DNA of 31,216 bases, from positions 1 through 31,216 of the IMG/VR virus record IMGVR_UViG_3300024354_000052; one strand, given 5' to 3'. The stretch comes from a virus. Lineage: Duplodnaviria > Caudoviricetes. Position numbers and translations under genes: made by a program. Positions 17,844 to 26,499 of the stretch are shown here, in pieces (position 1 is the first letter of the stretch; the number at the start of each line of letters is the position of its first letter). The notes under the pieces were generated by a model. That model was not told where the DNA came from. It saw nothing but the letters and a program-made list of their open reading frames with translations, and made no database searches.

Positions 17844-19051
17844 TGAGCAACTTATCTCAGTTTTATGGTTCTGGCTTCCCCATAGGAAGCAACCTTAATC
17901 AATTATATGATGGCGACTTAATTACAAGATCAGATGGCAGTCAGTGGCTTACAAGTACTCCAACTGCGCCGTTTCCCTATGCCTCCGAATATTCTTATCT
18001 TCCAGATCTATTTTTATCTCCGCATCCTCTACTTTCAGGGCCTGAGAATGGTTTATTTAGATTTCAGGCCCTTCCTATTATCGCTTATTCTCCTTCTTCT
18101 GGAGTTTATTGCACAAATACTTTTGTTGGTAGCTCGGGTGCTGGTTTTTCTTATTACACCAGCGCAGATGGTGTTAATTGGACTCAGAGAACATTTCCAA
18201 ATCCAACGATTAATTACTCTCTTATTGTGTTTGTTGCGGGAAAGTTTATTGCTTTTGCGTCAACAACAACAACAAATGGTGCGATTTATTCCACAGACGC
18301 AATAAGTTGGACTTCAGTTACTATTCCAAGCATCTCAGCCCCCCAGGATATTTTTTATAATGGAACAAGGCTAGTCGCAATTGGCTCCACAACGGCTGCC
18401 GCTTACTCTTCCGACTTGGGAGTTACATGGACATTAACTACATTACCTTCAAACACACTTGCTGCTAATTTCCCAGGCTCTGGCGTAATAACTTGGTCGC
18501 AGTCAGCAGGGCTTTTTTTGATTGCAACAAGTACTGCGGGGACATATTACACAAGCCCCGATGGAATAACATGGACCAGTAGAACTGTTGCCCCTTCTAT
18601 ATATAACTCATTTATAGGGACTCAGGTTAAATTTGCATCAAGCCCTTCAAAAATAGTTGCTATGGGGCTATCTGGATTTTTTCTGACAAGCACAGATGGT
18701 TTAAATTGGACATCTGGCTCTATATCTGGGATTGCTGCAAATACACAATGCGTTCAATCCTATTATGACGGTACGAGATTTGTTGTTAGATATGGCAATG
18801 CAACTTATTATTCTACAGATGGAACAACATGGACTACCGCCAAGTTTATTGGCTCTAGTTCAGGAACTTCCAGTTTTGCCTATTCTAATGGTATTTTATT
18901 TGTCTTCTGTAGTGTAGCAGCAAATGTACCTACTAAAGCCATTAAAGTTCAAAATGTTAGTTTAACTTCACCACAAACCATATCGGTTCCTATTACTGCA
19001 TCTACCTCCGCTGGAACTGGCGGCACTGTTATTTACTACAGGATAAGATAG
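17843..19051 (+). CDS. Putative receptor-binding protein with BNR/Asp-box beta-propeller repeats
   Basis: Six S-x-D-x-x-x-W-T boxes (SADGVNWT, STDAISWT, SSDLGVTWT, SPDGITWT, STDGLNWT, STDGTTWT). TAATG coupling to the fibre gene; visibly AT-rich. Confidence 0.75.
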   Translation: MSNLSQFYGSGFPIGSNLNQLYDGDLITRSDGSQWLTSTPTAPFPYASEYSYLPDLFLSPHPLLSGPENGLFRFQALPIIAYSPSSGVYCTNTFVGSSGAGFSYYTSADGVNWTQRTFPNPTINYSLIVFVAGKFIAFASTTTTNGAIYSTDAISWTSVTIPSISAPQDIFYNGTRLVAIGSTTAAAYSSDLGVTWTLTTLPSNTLAANFPGSGVITWSQSAGLFLIATSTAGTYYTSPDGITWTSRTVAPSIYNSFIGTQVKFASSPSKIVAMGLSGFFLTSTDGLNWTSGSISGIAANTQCVQSYYDGTRFVVRYGNATYYSTDGTTWTTAKFIGSSSGTSSFAYSNGILFVFCSVAANVPTKAIKVQNVSLTSPQTISVPITASTSAGTGGTVIYYRIR

Positions 19052-19069
19052 TGAAGGAGGACCAAAAAG

Positions 19070-19312
19070 ATGTACTATTATGATATAAATGGATGGCTCT
19101 CTAGCGAACCAATCGAGGGGCGCTCCACAATTGTTGAACCTATGCCTGCTGAAGGGAATATGGTTCCTAATTTCACTGGACATGTTTGGGTCTTAATGGA
19201 AAAGACCGATGCGCCAGAAATGCCAATGCCCACTGAGCAAGAAAAAATCCTTCAAAGATTGAATGAGATCGAGAAGGAGATTTTTGAGCTTCGAACGCTT
19301 ATTCAGCAATGA
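19070..19312 (+). CDS. Small protein, possibly a fibre assembly chaperone
   Basis: AAGGAGG RBS; YYYDINGW...PNFTGHVW followed by a coiled coil; follows the receptor-binding gene. Confidence 0.55.
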   Translation: MYYYDINGWLSSEPIEGRSTIVEPMPAEGNMVPNFTGHVWVLMEKTDAPEMPMPTEQEKILQRLNEIEKEIFELRTLIQQ

Positions 19313-19377
19313 CTTATGAGGAAAGATATGTGGCGTTCATTTCTTGGTCATCCAGAAACTAAGGCGAGGGCATCATA

Positions 19378-19608
19378 ATGTCACAGGACCTCTACAACAT
19401 CATTGTTGGGGCCTGCGGCGCTGCTATAGGCTGGCTGCTGAAAGTGGTGTGGGATAGCGTTCGCGCCCTTCAAGAAGACATGAAGGAAATTGAGCGTGAG
19501 CTTCACACCGAATATGTCAGCAAGCATGATTATCGCGCCGACATTCTTGAAGTAAAAGATATCCTCAAGCAAATCTTTGATAAGCTTGACCGAAAGGTTG
19601 ACAAGTAA
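19378..19608 (+). CDS. Small membrane protein (N-terminal TM helix plus coiled coil)
   Basis: Hydrophobic helix IIVGACGAAIGWLLKVVW; GAGGG RBS. Confidence 0.7.
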   Translation: MSQDLYNIIVGACGAAIGWLLKVVWDSVRALQEDMKEIERELHTEYVSKHDYRADILEVKDILKQIFDKLDRKVDK

Positions 19609-19628
19609 CCTGTCATGAAGGGGATGAC

Positions 19629-21206
19629 ATGCCATTTAGCTCTGAATCGGGAAAGGCCAGCATTGCCTGGGCTTTAGCCCGCATACCTGTTCCAAAAACC
19701 GCATTAGATATTGGATGCGGTCAAGGCACCTACGCCAAGATGTTCCCAAAGCTCCAATGGACTGGGGTGGAAATCTGGGAACCATACGTCGAAAAATACG
19801 GTCTGACAGACCTGTACCCCAGTCTTCAAATTGCCGATGTCCGTGAATGGGATACGGATGAGCATTTTGACCTGTGCTTCCTGGGTGATGTGCTGGAGCA
19901 TATGCCGGTAGATCACGCCATGGAATTGGTAGAAAGGGCCAAGCGCTGGGCTGATACGGTGGTGATCAGCATCCCGCTTGGGCATTACCCGCAGGGTGAA
20001 TATGAGGGCAATCCATATGAGGCGCATGTCACTGACAATTGGACCGATGCCGATGTAAGGCAGGCATTTGGTGTGCCTACTTGGTTTGATATCGATGGCG
20101 AAATTGGCGTTTACATCTATTCCAAGTATGAAGTGCGGCTGAAAATCGCCGTCTATGCGATCAGCAAGAACGAAAAGCACTTTGTTGAGCGGTTCTGCAA
20201 TTCGGCCAAGGATGCTGATGTTATTCTGATTGCAGACACTGGAAGTGATGATGGCACCGCAGAAGAAGCAGCACGCTGCGGGGCTGCTGTGGCCAATATT
20301 TCCATCAATCCGTGGCGGTTTGACCATGCCAGAAACGCCACCCTGGCGCTTTTGCCGCGTGATATTGATGTCTGCATCAGCCTTGATCTTGATGAGATGA
20401 TGGAACCCGGCTGGCGGGAAGAAATTCAGCGCGTTTGGACGCCCAGAACGACCCGTTTGCGGTATTACTTTGATTGGGGTGCAGGTATCCGGTTCAAATA
20501 TGAGAAAATCCACGCCCGCAAGGGATATTTCTGGCACCATCCATGCCATGAATACCCGGTTGCGGATGGCCGGATCACTGAGGTTTGGGCCGATACTGAC
20601 ATGCTGTTGGTCAGCCACCACCCAGACCCGACCAAAAGCCGTGGCCAATATCTTGATCTGCTGGCTTTATCGGTCAAGGAAGACCCGCATTGCCCGCGTA
20701 ATGCGTTCTATTATGCCCGCGAGCTTACTTTCAATTACCGCTGGCATGATGCGATCGCCGAATTGCGCCGATATCTGGCTTTGCCGGGCGCCACATGGCC
20801 GAATGAGCGGTGTTATGCTTACCGTCTGCTTGGAAAGGCCCATGGTGAGCTTGGCGATCTTTGGCAATCCGAGAAGTACTACCAGCTTGCCGCCAGTGAG
20901 GCTCCAAACACTCGTGAACCCTGGTGCGAGCTTGCGCTGTTGTATTACCGGCAGAGCCGCTGGCCCGATTGCTATGCGGCTGCCATGCGGGCCTTGGAAA
21001 TTAAAGACAAACAACTGGTCTATACCTGCGATCCTGCTGTCTGGGGCCATTGGGCGCATGATCTGGCATCCATTTCAGCTTGGAACATGGGCATGAAGGA
21101 CGTAGCCATGGAGCAGGGAAGATTGGCTTTAATGCACTCGCCAGATGATCCTAGATTGCAGGCAAATGCGGCTTTTATGGCCGGGGTTCAACAAGAGGCT
21201 GCGTGA
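19629..21206 (+). CDS. Fusion of class I SAM methyltransferase, GT2 (GT-A) glycosyltransferase and TPR domain
   Basis: ALDIGCGQG and GDVLEHM (MTase); IAVYAISKNE, IADTGSDDGT, FDHARN and SLDLDE DxD (GT2); C-terminal helical repeats (RNAFYYAREL..., AYRLLGKAH..., EPWCELALLYY...). Confidence 0.9.
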   Translation: MPFSSESGKASIAWALARIPVPKTALDIGCGQGTYAKMFPKLQWTGVEIWEPYVEKYGLTDLYPSLQIADVREWDTDEHFDLCFLGDVLEHMPVDHAMELVERAKRWADTVVISIPLGHYPQGEYEGNPYEAHVTDNWTDADVRQAFGVPTWFDIDGEIGVYIYSKYEVRLKIAVYAISKNEKHFVERFCNSAKDADVILIADTGSDDGTAEEAARCGAAVANISINPWRFDHARNATLALLPRDIDVCISLDLDEMMEPGWREEIQRVWTPRTTRLRYYFDWGAGIRFKYEKIHARKGYFWHHPCHEYPVADGRITEVWADTDMLLVSHHPDPTKSRGQYLDLLALSVKEDPHCPRNAFYYARELTFNYRWHDAIAELRRYLALPGATWPNERCYAYRLLGKAHGELGDLWQSEKYYQLAASEAPNTREPWCELALLYYRQSRWPDCYAAAMRALEIKDKQLVYTCDPAVWGHWAHDLASISAWNMGMKDVAMEQGRLALMHSPDDPRLQANAAFMAGVQQEAA

Positions 21207-21670
21207 TGGAATTACCCAAACTTACGCCAATTCTTCAGTTTGCCACGGCCAGCTTTGCGCTGGTCGTTGGCGGCTACACGGCTGGGGAGAAATTTGGGTG
21301 GTTCAAGAACGAGATTATCGCCTGGGCGCCGGAGCATTTCCACATCGAGTCTGCCAAGATTGGGCAGCCAATCACGGTAACGGTAGCCAGAGTCAAAAAA
21401 CGCGACGATTGCTCGGTAGAGGGGTTTGAGGTTACAGTGCGAGATGGGATTGGCGTTATCCATCAGGCTACTCCAAGTATGACGCGGTTTACTGGTCCAG
21501 CAGGGCCAGAAATCGACACGTTCACCTATCTGTTGACCTTATCGGACAAAGAAACAGTCAGCCCAGGCCGTGCAACATTGCTGGCGACGATCAAGTATAA
21601 ATGCCCTGAGGGTGAGCGTACGGTAACCTATCCGCGCCATCAAAACCTGACCTTCATGCTGGAGCAGTGA
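21206..21670 (+). CDS. Membrane-anchored hypothetical protein
   Basis: TGATG coupling; N-terminal hydrophobic helix; beta-rich domain with two Cys. Confidence 0.7.
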   Translation: MELPKLTPILQFATASFALVVGGYTAGEKFGWFKNEIIAWAPEHFHIESAKIGQPITVTVARVKKRDDCSVEGFEVTVRDGIGVIHQATPSMTRFTGPAGPEIDTFTYLLTLSDKETVSPGRATLLATIKYKCPEGERTVTYPRHQNLTFMLEQ

Positions 21671-21671
21671 C

Positions 21672-22187
21672 ATGGATGGAATTCTGAACCTTGTCCGTAC
21701 GGTCGCGCCGACCATCGCCAGTGCGGTGGGCGGTCCTCTGGCGGGAATGGCCACCAGGGCCATTTCAGAAGCCCTCCTTGGCAAGCCTGACGGGTCTGAG
21801 CAGGAGCTTGCCGATGCTGCTGCCAGGGCCACCCCAGAGCAGCTATTGGCCTTAAAAAACGCTGAAAACGACTTTGCCGTCAAAATGCGAGAATTGGACA
21901 TTGATCTGGAACGGATTGCCAATCAGGACCGCGATTCGGCCCGTAACCGTGAGGTTCAAACCAAAGACTGGACGCCGCGCGTTTTGGCAGGGCTAATTAC
22001 AGTCGGGTATTTTGGTGTTCTGTTTTACATGCTTCGCAATGGCCTCCCGCAGCATGGTGGTTCTGAGGCTATGTTGGTGATGTTGGGAACCTTGGGGACG
22101 GCCTGGGGCGGGGTCGTTGCCTACTATTTTGGCTCTTCGGCTGGCTCAAAAGCCAAAGATGAGGTTATACGTAGAAACACAAGGTAA
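21672..22187 (+). CDS. Holin (3TM GTA-holin-like)
   Basis: VAPTIASAVGGPLAG, DRDSARNRE, two C-terminal TM helices and YYFGSSAGS. Confidence 0.7.
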   Translation: MDGILNLVRTVAPTIASAVGGPLAGMATRAISEALLGKPDGSEQELADAAARATPEQLLALKNAENDFAVKMRELDIDLERIANQDRDSARNREVQTKDWTPRVLAGLITVGYFGVLFYMLRNGLPQHGGSEAMLVMLGTLGTAWGGVVAYYFGSSAGSKAKDEVIRRNTR

Positions 22188-22216
22188 TTGTGTTCGAAAT
22201 TCAAGATGTTTATAGT
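22188..22216 (+). promoter_or_regulatory. Possible promoter for the tail/ejection operon (TTGTGT-17nt-TATAGT)
   Basis: Shares ATGTTTATA(A/G)T with the promoter at 11719-11748. Confidence 0.4.
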
Positions 22217-22239
22217 CCTATCGGAAGAGGGCTTCTTCG

Positions 22240-22959
22240 ATGACCACAGGGCTTACGTATTCCCAGTATGTGACGGAGATCGCCACCCTGGCGGTCGTTC
22301 CGGAGACTGACCCTAATTTCGTAGAAATTCTACCGCAGATGATCACCTATGCGGAAAACCGCATTTACCGTGATCTGGACTTGCTTGAAACGGTAACTTC
22401 GGTCAGCAGCTATACCACAACCCAGAATGGCCGGACGATAACCTTCCCGATTGCCGATTTTATCACGGTTCAAGAAGTAAACGTGATCACTCCTGCCGGG
22501 ACCACCATTCCAAATGATGGCACTCGCACAGCCCTTCTGCCGGTCACCAAGGAATGGATGAATTATAACTATGTCAGCAGCGCTTCGGCTGGCGTTCCAT
22601 TCTATTTTGCCATGTTCAACCAGAACACGCTCATTCTTGGCCCATGGGCTGATAATACTTACACGGTTGAAATTGTTGGCACTTTCCGGCCTGATTCGCT
22701 TTCAGCCACCAATACGTCAACCTTTGTTTCGCTTTATCTGCCCGACCTGATGATCATGGCCTCCATGATCTATATCAGCGCCTTCCAGCGCAACTTCATC
22801 TCGGCTGCTGCCAATGACCCGCAGATGCCGGTGAATTATGAAACGCAGTATCAGACGCTGTTGAAGAGCGCGATGGTGGAAGAGGCGCGGAAGAAGTTCC
22901 AATCCTCGGGCTGGACTTCGATGTCGCCTGCTCCTGTCGCTTCGCCGACCAGGGGCTAA
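22240..22959 (+). CDS. Tail adaptor/tubular protein (second adaptor-like gene)
   Basis: ITYAENRIYRDL, GVPFYFA, ILGPWADNTYTVE and YLPDLMIMAS motifs; directly before the nozzle gene. Confidence 0.65.
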   Translation: MTTGLTYSQYVTEIATLAVVPETDPNFVEILPQMITYAENRIYRDLDLLETVTSVSSYTTTQNGRTITFPIADFITVQEVNVITPAGTTIPNDGTRTALLPVTKEWMNYNYVSSASAGVPFYFAMFNQNTLILGPWADNTYTVEIVGTFRPDSLSATNTSTFVSLYLPDLMIMASMIYISAFQRNFISAAANDPQMPVNYETQYQTLLKSAMVEEARKKFQSSGWTSMSPAPVASPTRG

Positions 22960-22962
22960 CAG

Positions 22963-25077
22963 ATGCCGCACGCCACCCTCAAATTGATCCCTGGCGTCGA
23001 TCAAAACCGCACCCCGGCTTTGAACGAGGCTGCGCTTTCGGAAAGCCAGCTTATTCGGTTTGTGCCAGATCGGCAGGGGATTGGTTTGCCGCAAAAGCTT
23101 GGCGGGTGGACCCGGTATTATCCCGATTCATTGGGCGCAACGCCAAGGGCTATGTTGGCTTGGCAAGATACCAATGGTGACAAGTTCCTGGCTGTTGGAT
23201 GTGAAGCTCAAGCTTCAATCATAAGCCCTCCGCCTGGGGCGCCGATTTATGTTATATCCAATGGGAATGCGAAGAATTTAGTGCCGCAGGTTGATCGGCA
23301 CGATGTGGCCGTTGATGTAACCACGACTACCTCCTCAAATGAAATTGTTATTGAGGATACCGGAAGCAATATCACTAATTATGATTCTGTTTTTGTTCTC
23401 ACGCACATCGCAGTTGGGGGCATTATTGTTTTTGGGTTTTTTAGGACTTATCAAATAGGCGCAAACACTTACAATATTTATTTGGTTGATGCCCTTGGTA
23501 ATCCTCTTATTCCTTTATCTGCTGTGGCGAATGGCGGCGCCGTTGCCGAATTTGACACCACGAATGGGTCTTCGGTTGTAAATGTAACGCTTGCCAATCA
23601 CGGGTATTCTGTTGGGGATACTTACCCTGTTTTGATTTCTACTGCGATTGGTGGTGTTACGCTCTTTGGCAACTATGTTGTCACGGAGGTTATCAATGCC
23701 AATGAATTCTCAATCAATGCGCCGAATGCTGCTACCTCCACGGCAAATGCTTTCATTAATGGTGGAGATGCTGCTTACAATTACTATTATGCCTTTGGCC
23801 CTCTTACTGTCGGTAGTGGCTATGGCGTTGGTGGTTATGGCGTTGGCGGCTACGGCTCTGGCATTACTCTTTCTCCAGCCACCGGAGATGAGCTTGTTGC
23901 GTCGGACTGGACGCTGGACAATTGGGGTGAAATCCTAATTGCCTGCCCCAATGGTTTGACTTTTGGTGCTGCCGTTTCCGATCCTCTTGGCGGCCCTATT
24001 TATCAATGGGATCCGCATACCAATTCGCCTTCATTAAATGTGATCCCAGAAGCTCCTGTAGCTAATGCTGGTATTTTTGTGGCGATGCCGCAGCGCCAGA
24101 TCATAGCTTGGTCATCGACCTTTAATGGTGTTCAAGACCCTCTTTTGATCCGCTGGTGCGACGTTGAGAACTTCCAGCAATGGACGCCCTTGATCACCAA
24201 TCAGGCTGGTTCCTATCGCATCCCGAAGGGGTCAAAGATTGTTGGTTGTATCCAGGGACCGCAGCAGGGCTTGGTTTGGACTGATTTGGCCTTGTGGGCC
24301 ATGCAGTATGTTGGCCAGCCCTATGTCTATTCCTTCAATGAAATTGGCACCGGGTGCGGGCTGATCGGCCCCAAGGCTGCTGCATCATTGAATGGCATGG
24401 TTTACTGGATGTCTCAAAGCCAGTTCTTTATGCTTTCGCCGAATGGCGTGCAGCCAATTCAATGCCCAGTCTGGGATGTGATCTTTCAAGATTTGGATAC
24501 GTCAAGCTTGGATAAAATTCGGGTTGCCGTGAATTCTCGGTTTAATGAGATTTCATGGTTTTATCCGACTGTTGGGAATGGCGGTGAAATCAATTCTTAT
24601 GTGAAATACAATGTCGGCTTGAACCAATGGGATTTTGGAACGCTTTCTAGGACGGCTTGGATCAATCAATCTGTTCTTGGGCCACCTATCGGTGCGACGC
24701 CTGAAGGCTTGATCTATCAGCATGAAACCTCGCCTAATGCTGATGGAGCGCCGATGAATTCTTATTTTCAGACAGGCTATTTTGTCCTTTCTGATGGTGA
24801 TGTGTTGACCTACATTGACCAGTTCTGGCCGGATGCCAAATGGGGTTACTATGGTGGCACTCAGGACGCCAACCTGCTTTTGACCTTCTATGTGCTGAAT
24901 TATCCTGGCGATACTCCAAAGGTCTATGGGCCTTATGATGTGGTCCAGGCGACTGAGTATATTGTGCCGCGTTTCCGTGGTCGCTTGGTGTCGATCAGGA
25001 TTGAAAGCAACGACATCGATTCATTCTGGCGTATGGGCGCTATGCGCTATCGTTTTGCTCCTGACGGGAAATTCTGA
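22963..25077 (+). CDS. Tail nozzle/packaged DNA stabilisation protein (P22 gp10 or T7 gp12-like beta-propeller)
   Basis: 704 aa; QKLGGW, WTLDNWGE, LLIRWCD, GTGCGLIGP, EISWFYP and RFRGR...WRMG...PDG motifs. Confidence 0.75.
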   Translation: MPHATLKLIPGVDQNRTPALNEAALSESQLIRFVPDRQGIGLPQKLGGWTRYYPDSLGATPRAMLAWQDTNGDKFLAVGCEAQASIISPPPGAPIYVISNGNAKNLVPQVDRHDVAVDVTTTTSSNEIVIEDTGSNITNYDSVFVLTHIAVGGIIVFGFFRTYQIGANTYNIYLVDALGNPLIPLSAVANGGAVAEFDTTNGSSVVNVTLANHGYSVGDTYPVLISTAIGGVTLFGNYVVTEVINANEFSINAPNAATSTANAFINGGDAAYNYYYAFGPLTVGSGYGVGGYGVGGYGSGITLSPATGDELVASDWTLDNWGEILIACPNGLTFGAAVSDPLGGPIYQWDPHTNSPSLNVIPEAPVANAGIFVAMPQRQIIAWSSTFNGVQDPLLIRWCDVENFQQWTPLITNQAGSYRIPKGSKIVGCIQGPQQGLVWTDLALWAMQYVGQPYVYSFNEIGTGCGLIGPKAAASLNGMVYWMSQSQFFMLSPNGVQPIQCPVWDVIFQDLDTSSLDKIRVAVNSRFNEISWFYPTVGNGGEINSYVKYNVGLNQWDFGTLSRTAWINQSVLGPPIGATPEGLIYQHETSPNADGAPMNSYFQTGYFVLSDGDVLTYIDQFWPDAKWGYYGGTQDANLLLTFYVLNYPGDTPKVYGPYDVVQATEYIVPRFRGRLVSIRIESNDIDSFWRMGAMRYRFAPDGKF

Positions 25078-25079
25078 CC

Positions 25080-25436
25080 ATGGCGAGCCTTGACGATATC
25101 GCAACCATCCAGAAGAACGGCGTTATTGCCGTCAATACAGTAAATCAGACGCTTCAGCGCATTTATGGCTCCAACACCTCTGCCACGGCTTCGGCCAATA
25201 CGCTGGTGTTTACTGGGCCGGGCAGGCTGATCAATGTGTCTGTGACGGTTGCTGGCACCACGGCTGGGGCTATTCACAACAGCAACACGGTTGCCGGGGT
25301 TTCTGCCGCCAATAAGCTTGCCACGATTGGCAATACGGTAGGGGTCTTTCCGATGAACCTGCTGTTTACCAATGGGCTGGTGATCGTGGTCGGCACCGGC
25401 CAGGAATTGAACGTCACCTATTCGGTGGGGGCATAG
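25080..25436 (+). CDS. Hypothetical virion protein (118 aa)
   Basis: Tightly packed ORF with a beta-rich C-terminus. Confidence 0.7.
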   Translation: MASLDDIATIQKNGVIAVNTVNQTLQRIYGSNTSATASANTLVFTGPGRLINVSVTVAGTTAGAIHNSNTVAGVSAANKLATIGNTVGVFPMNLLFTNGLVIVVGTGQELNVTYSVGA

Positions 25437-25438
25437 CC

Positions 25439-25975
25439 ATGCCGTTGAAACGTGGGAAATCCCAGGCCGCGATTAGTGCCAACATCAGCGAAATGCTCCA
25501 TGCTGGTCACCCGCGCGACCAAGCAATTGCGGCTGCTCTAAATACGGCCAGACGATCGGCTACCGGCGGAGCTCAGAATTCCGAAAATGCATCTACCCTA
25601 GGTAAGGTATTTTCCGGTGCCATTATGAGCCCGGTTGCCGGGCGTACTGATCATTTGCCTATTCATGTACTTTCGGGGTCTTACGTGATCCCAGCCGATA
25701 TCGTGTCAGCTATGGGAGAAGGCAATACTGCCGCTGGCTTTAAAGTAGCCAAAGCTATATTCACTTCTCCTCAACAGCGGTACCCCTCTGCCGATTCGGA
25801 GACAATTCCGGTCATCGTGGCGGGTGGCGAATTTATTCTAACTCCCGATGACGTTATACGAATCGGTGAAGGATCGATGGAAGACGGGCACAAAATCTTG
25901 GACGAATTCGTCAAAGCTTATCGGGCTAAAACGATAGAAACGCTGAAGAAGCTACCCGGTCCTAAACAAAACTGA
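25439..25975 (+). CDS. Hypothetical protein: N-terminal basic helical motif, ATGG, and a duplicated 'D/E-x-I/L-P...G-E/S-F/Y-V/I' module
   Basis: MPLKRGKSQAAISANISEM...DQAIAAALNTARRSATGG; TDHLPIHVLSGSYVIPADIV and SETIPVIVAGGEFILTPDDV. Confidence 0.7.
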   Translation: MPLKRGKSQAAISANISEMLHAGHPRDQAIAAALNTARRSATGGAQNSENASTLGKVFSGAIMSPVAGRTDHLPIHVLSGSYVIPADIVSAMGEGNTAAGFKVAKAIFTSPQQRYPSADSETIPVIVAGGEFILTPDDVIRIGEGSMEDGHKILDEFVKAYRAKTIETLKKLPGPKQN

Positions 25976-25986
25976 TAGGGGAAAAT

Positions 25987-26472
25987 ATGAGCAACATTAA
26001 AGTTAGAATAGGGACGGCGGAAGACGTTCACAACGTCATGGACTTAGCTATGATGGCTTGCGATGAAAACGGATTCGTTGCTCCTAAGCCAGAAAAGCTG
26101 CTACAAGAAATATGGCCAGCTCTAAACCTTAATCGCGGGATTATGGGATTGATCGGAGAGGACAATGGGCCGTTAGAAGCGGCTATTCTTCTTCGCACGA
26201 CTGTGTTATGGTATTCGGACGAACAAGTCTTGGAGGAACGAGCCATATTTGTTCATCCAGAATTTCGAAGCGCCAAAGGGGGCAGAGCTGCCCGTCTTTG
26301 CGAGTTCGCCAAGTCTGTGGCTGATGGGCTCAATTTACCTTTGATGATAGGCGTATTGAGCAACAGCCGCACAACTGCTAAAATACGAATGTATGAACGC
26401 CAATTCGGCGATCCTGCTGGTGCCTTCTTCCTGTACAAAGCTCGTACAGGGGGATGGAAAGAAGCAAATTAG
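25987..26472 (+). CDS. GNAT-fold acetyltransferase-like protein
   Basis: KVRIGTAEDV start and IFVHPEFRSAKGGRAARL (motif A-like); located before the ejection gene, like T7 gp13. Confidence 0.65.
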   Translation: MSNIKVRIGTAEDVHNVMDLAMMACDENGFVAPKPEKLLQEIWPALNLNRGIMGLIGEDNGPLEAAILLRTTVLWYSDEQVLEERAIFVHPEFRSAKGGRAARLCEFAKSVADGLNLPLMIGVLSNSRTTAKIRMYERQFGDPAGAFFLYKARTGGWKEAN

Positions 26473-26499
26473 AGCTTACCTCTCTGTAAGGACCCGACC

